NCBI GenBank assembly: GCA_965223005.1
Contig: CBDCVK010000010.1
Coordinates: 224,001 to 288,000 of the forward strand
DNA: 64,000 nucleotides
Direction: 5' to 3'
DNA from: Terriglobia bacterium
GTDB taxonomy: Bacteria > Acidobacteriota > Terriglobia > JAJPHL01 > JAPKYU01
The position numbers were made by a program, and so were the translations under genes. The notes beneath the pieces were generated by a model. It did not search any database. It worked only from the letters and a program-made list of their open reading frames with translations, and was not told the DNA's origin. Below, one piece after another: positions 51,676 through 62,644 of the stretch (position 1 is its first letter; every line of letters begins with the position of its first letter).

Positions 51676-54600
51676 AGATCATCAACGACGCCATTCGCTT
51701 CCCGGTCACCACTGCAGTCGGTGTGATCCTGTTGGTGTTGTTCGGCGCCATCGGCTTGTCCCGCCTGCCGATCCAGCTCACCCCCAACGTCGAGGAGCCC
51801 GAGATTACTGTGCGCACCCGCTGGCCGGGCGCCAGCCCCCATGAGGTGGAGCGCGAAATTGTCGAAGAGCAGGAGGAGCAGCTCAAGTCCCTGGATGGAC
51901 TCACCAAGATGGAGAGCTCCAGCTCCGACGACCAGGGCACCATCACCCTGACCTTTCAGGTGGGTACCGAGATTGACACCGCCCTGCTGAAAGTCTCGAA
52001 CCACCTGGAGCAGGTCCCCTCCTACCCCGACGACGCCGACAAACCCGTCATCCGCAGCGTGAATACCGAGGCCAACGCCATCGGTTGGTTTGCCTTGGCC
52101 CCTACAGAGGAAAACCCCTTCACCGGCGATATCTCCACGCTGTTTGATTTTGTAGACGACTCTATCAAGCCCGAGTTCGAGCGCGTCCCGGGCATCGCCG
52201 CCTCCAATATCTACGGAGGCCGCGAGCGGGAGATGCACGTCATTGTCGATCCGGCCAAGCTGGCCGCCCGGCGCGTCACCTTGAACGAGCTGGGCGCCGC
52301 CGTAGAGCGGGAAAACCGCAGCTATAGCGGCGGGGACTTCGACGAGGGCAAACGCCGCTACCTGGTCCGCACCGTGGGCGAGTACCGCTCGACCGAGGAC
52401 ATCGAGAATATCGTCATCGCCATCCGCAACGGCGTTCCCATCTACCTGAAGGACGTGGCCCGCGCCGAGCTGGGCTACCGCAAGGCCACCGCCAGAGTCT
52501 TCCAAGAAGGCGGACAGGTGATGGCCATGAACGCCGTCAAAGAACCCGGCTCGAACGTGCTGGAGGTGATGGACACACTGAAGCAGAAGGTGGCGCGCCT
52601 GAACGAGAAAGAACTGCGCGACCGCGGGTTGCAGCTTAGCCAGGTCTACGACGAAACTGACTACGTTCGCGGCGCCATTGACCTGGTGCGCCAGAGCTTG
52701 ATCATCGGCGGCGTGCTGGCCGTCATTGTTCTGCTGCTGTTCCTGCGCAGCGTCACCAGCATGCTGGTGGTCGCTATCGCCATCCCCATCAGCATCATCG
52801 GCACCTTCCTGATGATGTGGCTGTTTGGCCGCACGTTGAACGTCATCAGCCTGGCCGGGCTGGCCTTTGCGGTGGGCATGGTCGTGGACAGCTCGATCGT
52901 GGTTCTGGAGAACATCTACCGCCACCGGCAGATGGGAAAGCCGCGCTTTGCCGCTGCCTTCGACGGCGCGCGCGAGGTGTGGGGCGCGGTGCTGGCCAGC
53001 ACCCTGACCACCGTGGCCGTCTTCGTGCCGGTAGTGTTCATCCAGCAGGAAGTTGGCCAACTGTTCGGCGACATCGCCATCGCCATTAGCTGCGCTGTCG
53101 TCCTGAGCCTCCTGGTTTCGATCACCGTCATTCCCAGCCTCTCGGCCAAGATCCTGCACGCTGCCGAGGCGGACCCGGAGCGGTACAGCTTCCGCAATCT
53201 CTGGGGTGTCTCGTTGCTGGCGCGCCGCTTTACGAGCCTGGTCACTGGCACCGTCCACTGGATCACCGGCTCCACTCTGCGCCGGCTGGCTGTGGTGGCC
53301 GCATTGACCACGGCCTCGTTGGGGCTGAGCTACTGGTTGATGCCCAAGACCGAATACCTGCCGGTGGGCAACAACAACTTCATTTTCGCGTTCATGCTGC
53401 CGCCGCCCGGGTTGAACCTGGACGAGGTGGCGTCGTTGCGCACTGTCATCGACCGGGAAATGGAGCCTTTGTGGGGGGCTGCGACCGACGCGACCGACGC
53501 CCAGGACCTGCCGGGCGGCGGCATTCGGAGTTTCTTCTTTGTCGCCCTGAGGGACCGGGCCTTTATGGGGGCTCGCTCGAACGATCCGCTGCGCGTGGGC
53601 GAGCTAATCCCGGTGTTTCAGCGCACCGGGTCCCAGATTCCCGGTTCCATTCTGGTCGCCAGCCAGGCCAGCATCTTCCAGCGTGGCCTTGGTGAGGGAC
53701 GCAACATTGATATAGAAATTACCGGGCCTGAACTGGAGCGCCTGATGGAGTTGGGCAGCGAAGTGTTCCTCAACGTGATGCAGGTGTTGCCCGGCTCGCA
53801 GGCGCGGCCTATCCCCAGCCTGGACCTGGACAACCCCGAGCTACGGGTGCGGACTCACCGGCGCCGCGCCGCCGATGTGAGCGTCTTCAACCGTGAGCTG
53901 GGGTTTGCAGTCAGCGCGCTGGTGGACGGCGCCAAGGCCAGCGACTACCAACATGAGGGCAAAGAGATTGACCTGAAGGTGATGGGCGAGGAGAGCTTCG
54001 CGCACCGCACCCACCTGCTGGAACAGATGCCCATTGCCACGCCCGACGGCCGCCTGGTCACGCTGGGCTCGGTGGCCCAGATTTCGCTGGTCAACGGCCC
54101 CCAGACGATCAACCACATCAAGCGCGAGCGCGCGGTCACCATTCAGGTGACTCCCAGCGAGCAGGTGTCGCTGGAGGCGGCGATGGACTCGATTGAGTCC
54201 GACATCATTGGGCCCATGCGCCAGCAGGGCAAGCTGGGCAGCCTGTACCAGGCCAGGTTGAGCGGGACGGCCGACAAGCTAGCCGAGACTGGACGCGAGC
54301 TGCGCTGGAATTTCCTGTTGGTGCTGGTGATCACCTACCTGCTGATGGCTGCGCTGTTCGAGAGCTTCCTCTACCCCTTCGTGATCATGTTCAGCGTGCC
54401 CCTGGCGGCCCTGGGCGGCTTCCTGGGACTGGCCACCATGAACGTGTTCAGCTACCAGGCGCTGGACATGCTTACCATGCTGGGCTTCATCATTCTGGTG
54501 GGCACGGTGGTGAACAACGCCATCCTGATTGTCCACCAGTCTCTGAACCACATGCGCGAGGAGGGGCTGGCGCCTCGGGAGGCCATCCGTGAGGCGGTCT

Positions 54601-54860
54601 CCAACCGCATCCGCCCCATCTTTATGAGCGTCAGCACCTCAGTGTGCGCGATGCTGCCGCTGGTGCTGTTCCCGGGCGCCGGCTCGGAACTCTACCGCGG
54701 TCTGGGCAGCGTGGTGGTAGGTGGCCTGATCCTTTCTACGGTTTTTACCCTCTTCCTGGTACCGGCTCTGTTCAGCTTGACGCTGGACATCCGCTCCGCC
54801 CTGACGACCCGGCTGCACGGATGGCTCCACCCCGCCGAGCGCCCGGCCGGCGGCGATTAG
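51672..54860 (+). CDS. RND efflux permease (AcrB/AcrD/AcrF family)
   Basis: 1062 aa, GMVVDSSIVVLENI, GTVVNNAIL, RIRPIFM. Confidence 0.93.
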   Translation: MKIINDAIRFPVTTAVGVILLVLFGAIGLSRLPIQLTPNVEEPEITVRTRWPGASPHEVEREIVEEQEEQLKSLDGLTKMESSSSDDQGTITLTFQVGTEIDTALLKVSNHLEQVPSYPDDADKPVIRSVNTEANAIGWFALAPTEENPFTGDISTLFDFVDDSIKPEFERVPGIAASNIYGGREREMHVIVDPAKLAARRVTLNELGAAVERENRSYSGGDFDEGKRRYLVRTVGEYRSTEDIENIVIAIRNGVPIYLKDVARAELGYRKATARVFQEGGQVMAMNAVKEPGSNVLEVMDTLKQKVARLNEKELRDRGLQLSQVYDETDYVRGAIDLVRQSLIIGGVLAVIVLLLFLRSVTSMLVVAIAIPISIIGTFLMMWLFGRTLNVISLAGLAFAVGMVVDSSIVVLENIYRHRQMGKPRFAAAFDGAREVWGAVLASTLTTVAVFVPVVFIQQEVGQLFGDIAIAISCAVVLSLLVSITVIPSLSAKILHAAEADPERYSFRNLWGVSLLARRFTSLVTGTVHWITGSTLRRLAVVAALTTASLGLSYWLMPKTEYLPVGNNNFIFAFMLPPPGLNLDEVASLRTVIDREMEPLWGAATDATDAQDLPGGGIRSFFFVALRDRAFMGARSNDPLRVGELIPVFQRTGSQIPGSILVASQASIFQRGLGEGRNIDIEITGPELERLMELGSEVFLNVMQVLPGSQARPIPSLDLDNPELRVRTHRRRAADVSVFNRELGFAVSALVDGAKASDYQHEGKEIDLKVMGEESFAHRTHLLEQMPIATPDGRLVTLGSVAQISLVNGPQTINHIKRERAVTIQVTPSEQVSLEAAMDSIESDIIGPMRQQGKLGSLYQARLSGTADKLAETGRELRWNFLLVLVITYLLMAALFESFLYPFVIMFSVPLAALGGFLGLATMNVFSYQALDMLTMLGFIILVGTVVNNAILIVHQSLNHMREEGLAPREAIREAVSNRIRPIFMSVSTSVCAMLPLVLFPGAGSELYRGLGSVVVGGLILSTVFTLFLVPALFSLTLDIRSALTTRLHGWLHPAERPAGGD

Positions 54861-54962
54861 CGACCGCTTGGTGGGACGCAAGCGCTGCCTGCGCACTTCG
54901 TAGTACACTCAACCGAGCCATCTTTAGATTCAGGCTTTGATCCACTCAAGAAGGCTATCTCG

Positions 54963-55370
54963 GTGACGAAAGACGATTGGCCGGTGGGATTTCTGGAAGG
55001 CGTCCGGCTGTTCAACCAGGGCCATTTCTTCGAGACCCACGAGGTGTGGGAGGAAGTTTGGAAGTCGGCGGCAGCCGAGGAGCGGGACTTCTACCAGGGC
55101 ATGGTCCACCTCACCGTGGCGCTCTACCAGGCCCGGCGCGCTAACTGGCGCGCCGCCCACTCCCAGTTGCGCCGAGCGGCCAAACGACTGGCGCGCTTTG
55201 AAGCGCACCGCAACCTGGACGTTCGGGGTCTGCGGATGGCGGTCGCCGAGGCCGTCGAGCAACTCGAAGCCGGTTCCCCAGCCGGTACACCAGCCCGTAC
55301 CGATGAGCCGCACTTTCCCCGAATCAGCCTCACTCCAACAGCTTGCCCCGAGTCTCCTGCAGGCCCGTAG
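54963..55370 (+). CDS. DUF309 family protein
   Basis: LFNQGHFFETHEVWEEVW...YQGMV motif. Confidence 0.85.
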   Translation: MTKDDWPVGFLEGVRLFNQGHFFETHEVWEEVWKSAAAEERDFYQGMVHLTVALYQARRANWRAAHSQLRRAAKRLARFEAHRNLDVRGLRMAVAEAVEQLEAGSPAGTPARTDEPHFPRISLTPTACPESPAGP

Positions 55371-55398
55371 CGATGAGGGCTGATGGGCAGCGAAGACG

Positions 55399-56238
55399 TC
55401 ACTTGATGACAGTGAACTTGGCTTCGTAGCGGATGTTTTGTTCAGCCAGCAGGTCGCGGATCTCCAGTCGAATCGTGTAGTCACCGGGCCGCAAATCCGG
55501 CTGGAGGTCCAGGCTGAAGGTCGCGTGGAGAAAACGGGGCGGGTAGAACATGCGGTGCTTTTCTACCAGCGCCTTGGGCTTGGCATACAGCACCTCGCCC
55601 TCCGCATCGAGCACCGTGAGGTCTTCCTCCACCCAGACCTGCTTCTCAGGGCCGACCCGGAAGCCTACCAGCCAGTAGCGTGCCCACAGCGTGCTGCCCG
55701 CCAGGTAGGTGGTGGAGGGTTTGGGAGTGCCGTACTCGGTGTCAGCAAACTGGAACTTGCGCACCGTCAAGGTGGCGCTGGGCTCGACGGTCTCGCCGCG
55801 CACGCTGAAATTCATCTGGTGGCGCACTTCCTGGCCGGCAACTTCATCGCGCACGAGGATGTTCACCCGATATTCGCCGCTGGGGGCAAAGGCAGGGATC
55901 ACCAGGGACCAGTTGACCTTGGGACGCCAGTCCTGGTCCTGCCGCCGTAGTCTCTCCTCGATCTTCTGGCTGAGGGTTTCCGTCAGCGGGACGTTCTTGG
56001 GGTCCACGCAGTCGATCCAGTAGGCGAGCCGCACTTGATCGTCCCTATCGGCCTGGAAGCCGCCGATACGGAACCTCAAGTACAGTGTGTCGCCGGCAGT
56101 GAGCCATTGCTCCCGCACCAGCACGCGGTCGTAGTCTTCGAAGTAGGCGTCCTGGATAGACAGGTCGGCTGCCGCCACCGGCAGGCGGAAGCCAGAGGCG
56201 AGGCAAATCAAAACGAGCAATAGAATGCGACGCCCCAC
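55399..56238 (-). CDS. Secreted hypothetical protein with two Ig-like repeats
   Basis: Signal peptide; duplicated GF...P(S/P)G(E/D)Y.(V/I)...RD pattern. Confidence 0.65.
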   Translation of the reverse strand: MGRRILLLVLICLASGFRLPVAAADLSIQDAYFEDYDRVLVREQWLTAGDTLYLRFRIGGFQADRDDQVRLAYWIDCVDPKNVPLTETLSQKIEERLRRQDQDWRPKVNWSLVIPAFAPSGEYRVNILVRDEVAGQEVRHQMNFSVRGETVEPSATLTVRKFQFADTEYGTPKPSTTYLAGSTLWARYWLVGFRVGPEKQVWVEEDLTVLDAEGEVLYAKPKALVEKHRMFYPPRFLHATFSLDLQPDLRPGDYTIRLEIRDLLAEQNIRYEAKFTVIK

Positions 56239-56401
56239 TTCTTCATTTTAGCGCAACATGTGCTGGTGCAGCGCACCGACCTACAGGGCGTTCAGGGCAG
56301 AGAAAGGCCCGCAGCAGTGCTCGGTGGCGTTTTTTGCCCCAAGATCCCTGCTGGAGTCGCAATCGTGAGTAAGAGAAAAACTGCTAAGAGATTGGGCGCA
56401 G

Positions 56402-56908
56402 TTAATCCGATTCGATACCGGCGCGACTTAACAGGCGCCGCAGTGCTGATTCACCCGCCGCCCCGCGTTGAGTCCCGGCAATGTACCCCTCGCGGTCGAT
56501 CACCACGTAAAACGGGACGCCCGGGCGGCTGAACCTGGCAGCAAGGTTGGTGTCCTCGTTCAGCACGACCCGGCATGACCGCGGATTCCGCCGAAGATAC
56601 TTGCGGACTGTTTTCTTCGACTCGCCGACGTCCACAGCGAGCACAATCAAACCCTGGTCGGAAAACTCCTTGTCGATTGCATCCACCAAGGACTGTTCCC
56701 TGCGACAGTAGCCGCACCACGTGGTCCAAAACTGGAGCAGGACGACTTTTCCCTTCACCGACTTCTTGGTGAACCTTTCGCCCGCGAGCGTTTTCGCATA
56801 AAACTGAGGAGCTGGTCCCTGCTTGTCCACCCCGCCAAACGCGAAAAGAATCGCGAGGTTCAGGAAGAAGAATAAAACTAGCCGGAACGTTCCGTTTCTC
56901 GCGCGCAT
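56402..56908 (-). CDS. TlpA family thiol-disulfide oxidoreductase
   Basis: KGKVVLLQFWTTWCGYC, GVPFYVVIDREG. Confidence 0.85.
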   Translation of the reverse strand: MRARNGTFRLVLFFFLNLAILFAFGGVDKQGPAPQFYAKTLAGERFTKKSVKGKVVLLQFWTTWCGYCRREQSLVDAIDKEFSDQGLIVLAVDVGESKKTVRKYLRRNPRSCRVVLNEDTNLAARFSRPGVPFYVVIDREGYIAGTQRGAAGESALRRLLSRAGIESD

Positions 56909-56951
56909 GTCATGGACTGTAGCACAGAAACAAATCACGAATTGGTGCCCT

Positions 56952-58163
56952 TTAGCGGACATGGAGGGGTCCATTCGGGTTGGCCTTTGGTCGGCCGGAA
57001 ACTTCGCCACCCGAGCCCGGACGGCTTCCGACGGCGGCAACTGAGCGGGCCTCATTTTCCCGCCCGGGCTCCTCCGTCGCATCGTCAGAAGCGCTGCCGG
57101 CTGAGCGGAGGCGCTCAAGCGCCCAGGCCGCATGCTCGCGGATCAGCTCACTGGGATGAGCTGCCAGCCGCTCCAGTTCCGGAAGCAACTTCGGGTCCCC
57201 GGAATTGCCCATCGCCACGCACACATTCCGCAGAAAGCCACGATAGCGAGCACGCTGGATGGGACTGTTGCGGAACAGACCGCGGAACTGTTCCTCACTG
57301 ATCCGAGCCAGCTCTTCCAGCGGCGGGTTGAACAGACCCGGACGCGGCAGGAATGCTTGCTCCTGAGTCGCCGGAGCCTTTCTATTCCAGGGGCAGACGT
57401 CCTGGCAGATGTCGCAGCCGAACACGTGGCGGCCTAGGCCGGGACGCATCTCGACGGGGATGGAGCCGCGGGCCTCGATGGTCCAATAGGAAATGCAGAG
57501 GCGGGAATCGAGCACCCGGGGCTCCAGCAGAGCGCCCGTGGGGCAGGCATCCAGGCAGCGGGTACAGGTACCGCAGCGGTCCGCGGCCGGCAGGTCCGGC
57601 TCCAGATCCAGGGTGGTCAGCACTTCGCCCAGAAACAGCCACGAGCCCAGTTGCTGATTGATCAGGCAGGTGTTCTTACCCAGCCAGCCGACCCCGGTGT
57701 GCCGCGCCAGTGCCCGCTCCAGCACGGGACTGGTGTCCACGGCGATTCGCGCCTGAAACGAAGACGGCATCCGCTGTTCGAGCAGGGTCACAAACGATTC
57801 GAGCCTCTCCCGGAACACCTTGTGGTAATCCTCGCCCCAGGCGTAGCGCGAAATCCAGGCGCGGGTGGCCTCCGGCAGGCTGGTCGAGTACGGCAGCGGT
57901 GTGTTGTAGTTCAGCGCCAGGCAAATCACCGAGCGAGTGCCGGGCAGCAAGCGCTCCAGGTCAGCGCGAATTTCGGCCCGCGTCCCGGTCATGTAAGACA
58001 GCGCAGCATGGTAGCCGCGCTCGAGCCAGGAAAAGAAAAAGGGCAGGTCCGGGCCGGTGGGTAGATCCGTGGCCCGAACCACTCCCCACAGGTCCAGACC
58101 GAGCTGTCGGGCCGCCGCTTTCAGCAGTTCCCGCTCTGGCAGCAGTTCCCGCTTGGGCATCAC
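56952..58163 (-). CDS. queG: Epoxyqueuosine reductase
   Basis: ISRYAWGEDYH, VDTSPVLER, CGTCTRCLDACPTGA, CISYWTIE, FGCDICQDVCPWN. Confidence 0.93.
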   Translation of the reverse strand: MMPKRELLPERELLKAAARQLGLDLWGVVRATDLPTGPDLPFFFSWLERGYHAALSYMTGTRAEIRADLERLLPGTRSVICLALNYNTPLPYSTSLPEATRAWISRYAWGEDYHKVFRERLESFVTLLEQRMPSSFQARIAVDTSPVLERALARHTGVGWLGKNTCLINQQLGSWLFLGEVLTTLDLEPDLPAADRCGTCTRCLDACPTGALLEPRVLDSRLCISYWTIEARGSIPVEMRPGLGRHVFGCDICQDVCPWNRKAPATQEQAFLPRPGLFNPPLEELARISEEQFRGLFRNSPIQRARYRGFLRNVCVAMGNSGDPKLLPELERLAAHPSELIREHAAWALERLRSAGSASDDATEEPGRENEARSVAAVGSRPGSGGEVSGRPKANPNGPLHVR

Positions 58164-58356
58164 GGGCTACTGTACCACCAAAAAGACCCCCCGCTTCGCC
58201 CCTCCCTAGTCCCCATACGACTATGAAAAGTAGCCCTTTAATAGAAAACAGTTAAGCTATCATGACACCGCCCTTAAGGTTAGGGAGCGGTTCGTGTGCC
58301 CCGCTATGGGAGGGGGTGCCGTATATTCTTAGGAACCCGAGTAAGGAGACGAGTAG

Positions 58357-60420
<2,064 letters not shown>

Positions 60421-60549
60421 TTTCCTGGGTCAGTCCCCCCCAGCGGCCATTGCGAACGGGGTAGCCAACTCGAAGCGGTTGGCTACCCCGTTTGCTTTTG
60501 CCCACCCAGGTCGATTCCCCCAGCGAACGGTAGCCACTTTGCTCCCGCC

Positions 60550-61713
60550 TCACCGGCGGAAGAAGGCGGCAATGGCGGCGACCACGCGCTGTTGCTGCTC
60601 GTCGGTAATTTCCGGGAAGATCGGAAGGGAAAGGACCTCGCGCGCGGCGCGCTCGGCTTCCGGGCAGCCACCCTCCTTACCGCCCAGCGAGGCAAAGCAA
60701 CGTTGCAGGTGCAGCGGGAGTGGGTAGTAGATGGCGGTGCGGACGCCCTCAGCTTCCAGGGCCAGATGGAGCCGGTCGCGGTCGAGCGCGCGAATCGTGT
60801 ACTGGTGGAAGACGTGCCGGCCGGGGCCAGGCTCCACCCCCGGCACCACCACCGGGCGTTCGTCCGAGGGGTAAACAGCTGCGTCCTGCGCCAGGCCGCG
60901 CTCCACGAACAGGCGGGTGTAGCGCTCGGCGGCGTGCTCGCGGGCAGCCGTCCAGGCCTCCAGGTGCCGCAGTTTCACCAGCAGCACCGCTGCCTGCAAC
61001 GTGTCCAGGCGGCTGTTGAGGCCCACCTCCTCGTGGTAGTAGCTGTCGGTTGAGCCGTGCACGCGCAGACGGCGCAGCCGAGCCGCCAGTGCGTCGTCGT
61101 CGGTCACCACCATTCCGCCGTCACCATAGCCCCCGAGATTCTTGGCAGGATAGAAGCTGAAGGTGCCCATGCGCCCGAGGCCGCCGGCGCGGCGGCCATG
61201 GCGCTCGGCCAGAATAGCCTGCGCCGCGTCTTCCACTATGGGTACCCCCTCGGGCAGACGCTCCCGCAGCGCCTCCATGTCAGGAATCTGCCCGAACAGG
61301 TCTACCGGGATGGCGGCCCGCAGTTTCTGATGGCGGGCTACGGCTTGCTCCAGGGCGGCGGGTGACATGTTGAAGGAGCGCGGCTCGATGTCCACGAACA
61401 CCGGGCGTGCTCCCAATCGGGCTACCGCGCCGGCGGTGGCTACAAACGTGAACGATGGGACCGCGACTTCGTCGCCCGCGCGAATATCGAGCGCTAGCAG
61501 CGTCAGCAGCAGCGCGTCGGAGCCGTTGGCGCAGGCTACCGCATGACGGGTCCCGCACAAGCGCGCCATCTCCTCCTCCAGAAGGCGCACCTCGCGGCCC
61601 AGCACGAACTCCTGCCGCTCCAGAACGTCGGCTAGGGCCAGTGCAACTTCGGTGCGGATGGAATCGTACTGCGCGCGCAAATCGTGCAACGGCAGAACCG
61701 GCTTGCGGGACAC
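60550..61713 (-). CDS. DegT/DnrJ/EryC1/StrS aminotransferase
   Basis: ANGSDAL, EDAAQA, SFYPAKNLGGYGDGG, NSRLD, LSLPIFP. Confidence 0.92.
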   Translation of the reverse strand: MSRKPVLPLHDLRAQYDSIRTEVALALADVLERQEFVLGREVRLLEEEMARLCGTRHAVACANGSDALLLTLLALDIRAGDEVAVPSFTFVATAGAVARLGARPVFVDIEPRSFNMSPAALEQAVARHQKLRAAIPVDLFGQIPDMEALRERLPEGVPIVEDAAQAILAERHGRRAGGLGRMGTFSFYPAKNLGGYGDGGMVVTDDDALAARLRRLRVHGSTDSYYHEEVGLNSRLDTLQAAVLLVKLRHLEAWTAAREHAAERYTRLFVERGLAQDAAVYPSDERPVVVPGVEPGPGRHVFHQYTIRALDRDRLHLALEAEGVRTAIYYPLPLHLQRCFASLGGKEGGCPEAERAAREVLSLPIFPEITDEQQQRVVAAIAAFFRR

Positions 61714-61852
61714 GGCTTCGGGACTATATCACAGGACTCTTTGCGGGCCTTTGGAATGGGATTCTGAGCTCAGGAGTGAACAAGGCTTTGGCCTTTAGGC
61801 CTCGTATTTTCGACCATTCAAGCAGTAACCCCGGGCGGCCGGGACCCGTCTT

Positions 61853-62551
61853 ATGGGCATGAATTCCCGATCCTCCTTCCCACTGTTCGCCGTGATCGTG
61901 CTGCTGGCGGTTTTGGCTTCGGGGGCGTTGCCTGCCTGGGCGGTGACCCTGCAGCCGGGCACGGAGATTGTCGTCCGTCTGGAAAACCAGGTGGTTCCGG
62001 GTAGAAAAAGCCTGGAACGCTTCTCGGCCCTGGTGGTCTACCCGGTTTTTGCCGACGGGCAGGAGGTGCTGCCCGCCGGATGCGAGGTAGAAGGCCGGGT
62101 GCGCGGCAGCAAGAAGCGCATCCAGCTCAGCCCGCAGACCCTGATTCTGCCCAACGGCCGGCGCCTGGATTTCAACGCCGCCGTGAAGGCCATTGACCGC
62201 AAGCGCCTGCAAGCCGAAGCGAAGGAGGGAACCATCGGCCGGTCGGGCAGCAATGGGGATGCAATGGGGGAGGCGGTACAGATAGGCATGAGTGGAGCTG
62301 CTATCGGCGCCATGACTACCCGCAGCGCCAAGGGTGCTGGCATTGGGGCTGCGGCCGGTGTGGCAGCCGTGCTGATCGGGCGCAAAATCGCAGGCAGCCG
62401 CGCGCCGACCGTTATTCCTGCTGGAACTCAGTTAACCATGAGTCTGGCCCGCCCGCTGGAGATCCCCGAAGGACTAACCGAAGCACCCGTCTCTGAGCGG
62501 CGGCCCCGCGATCCCGACGATCGCCGGCCCATCCTCCGCCGCTACGATTAA
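61853..62551 (+). CDS. Secreted hypothetical protein with glycine-zipper motif
   Basis: Signal peptide, PGTEIVVRL...IPAGTQL and GAAIGA...GAGIGAAAG. Confidence 0.65.
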   Translation: MGMNSRSSFPLFAVIVLLAVLASGALPAWAVTLQPGTEIVVRLENQVVPGRKSLERFSALVVYPVFADGQEVLPAGCEVEGRVRGSKKRIQLSPQTLILPNGRRLDFNAAVKAIDRKRLQAEAKEGTIGRSGSNGDAMGEAVQIGMSGAAIGAMTTRSAKGAGIGAAAGVAAVLIGRKIAGSRAPTVIPAGTQLTMSLARPLEIPEGLTEAPVSERRPRDPDDRRPILRRYD

Positions 62552-62578
62552 CCCCGCTAATTTCAAAAGACAAATACA

Positions 62579-62633
62579 AAGACACGAAGGACAAAAAGCG
62601 TTCGGCTTTGTGAACTTTGTGCCTTCGTGTCTT
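62579..62633. repeat. REP-like inverted repeat between convergent genes (possible bidirectional terminator)
   Basis: AAGACACGAAGG (62579-90) / CCTTCGTGTCTT (62622-33) with roughly 9-nt periodic subrepeats. Confidence 0.6.
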
Positions 62634-62644
62634 CGTGTTGTCTT

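Noticed and set aside
51480-53258. Long antisense ORF (also 49078-50301, 22870-24258, 7946-9130)
   Set aside because: Shadow ORFs opposite well-supported genes in GC-rich DNA
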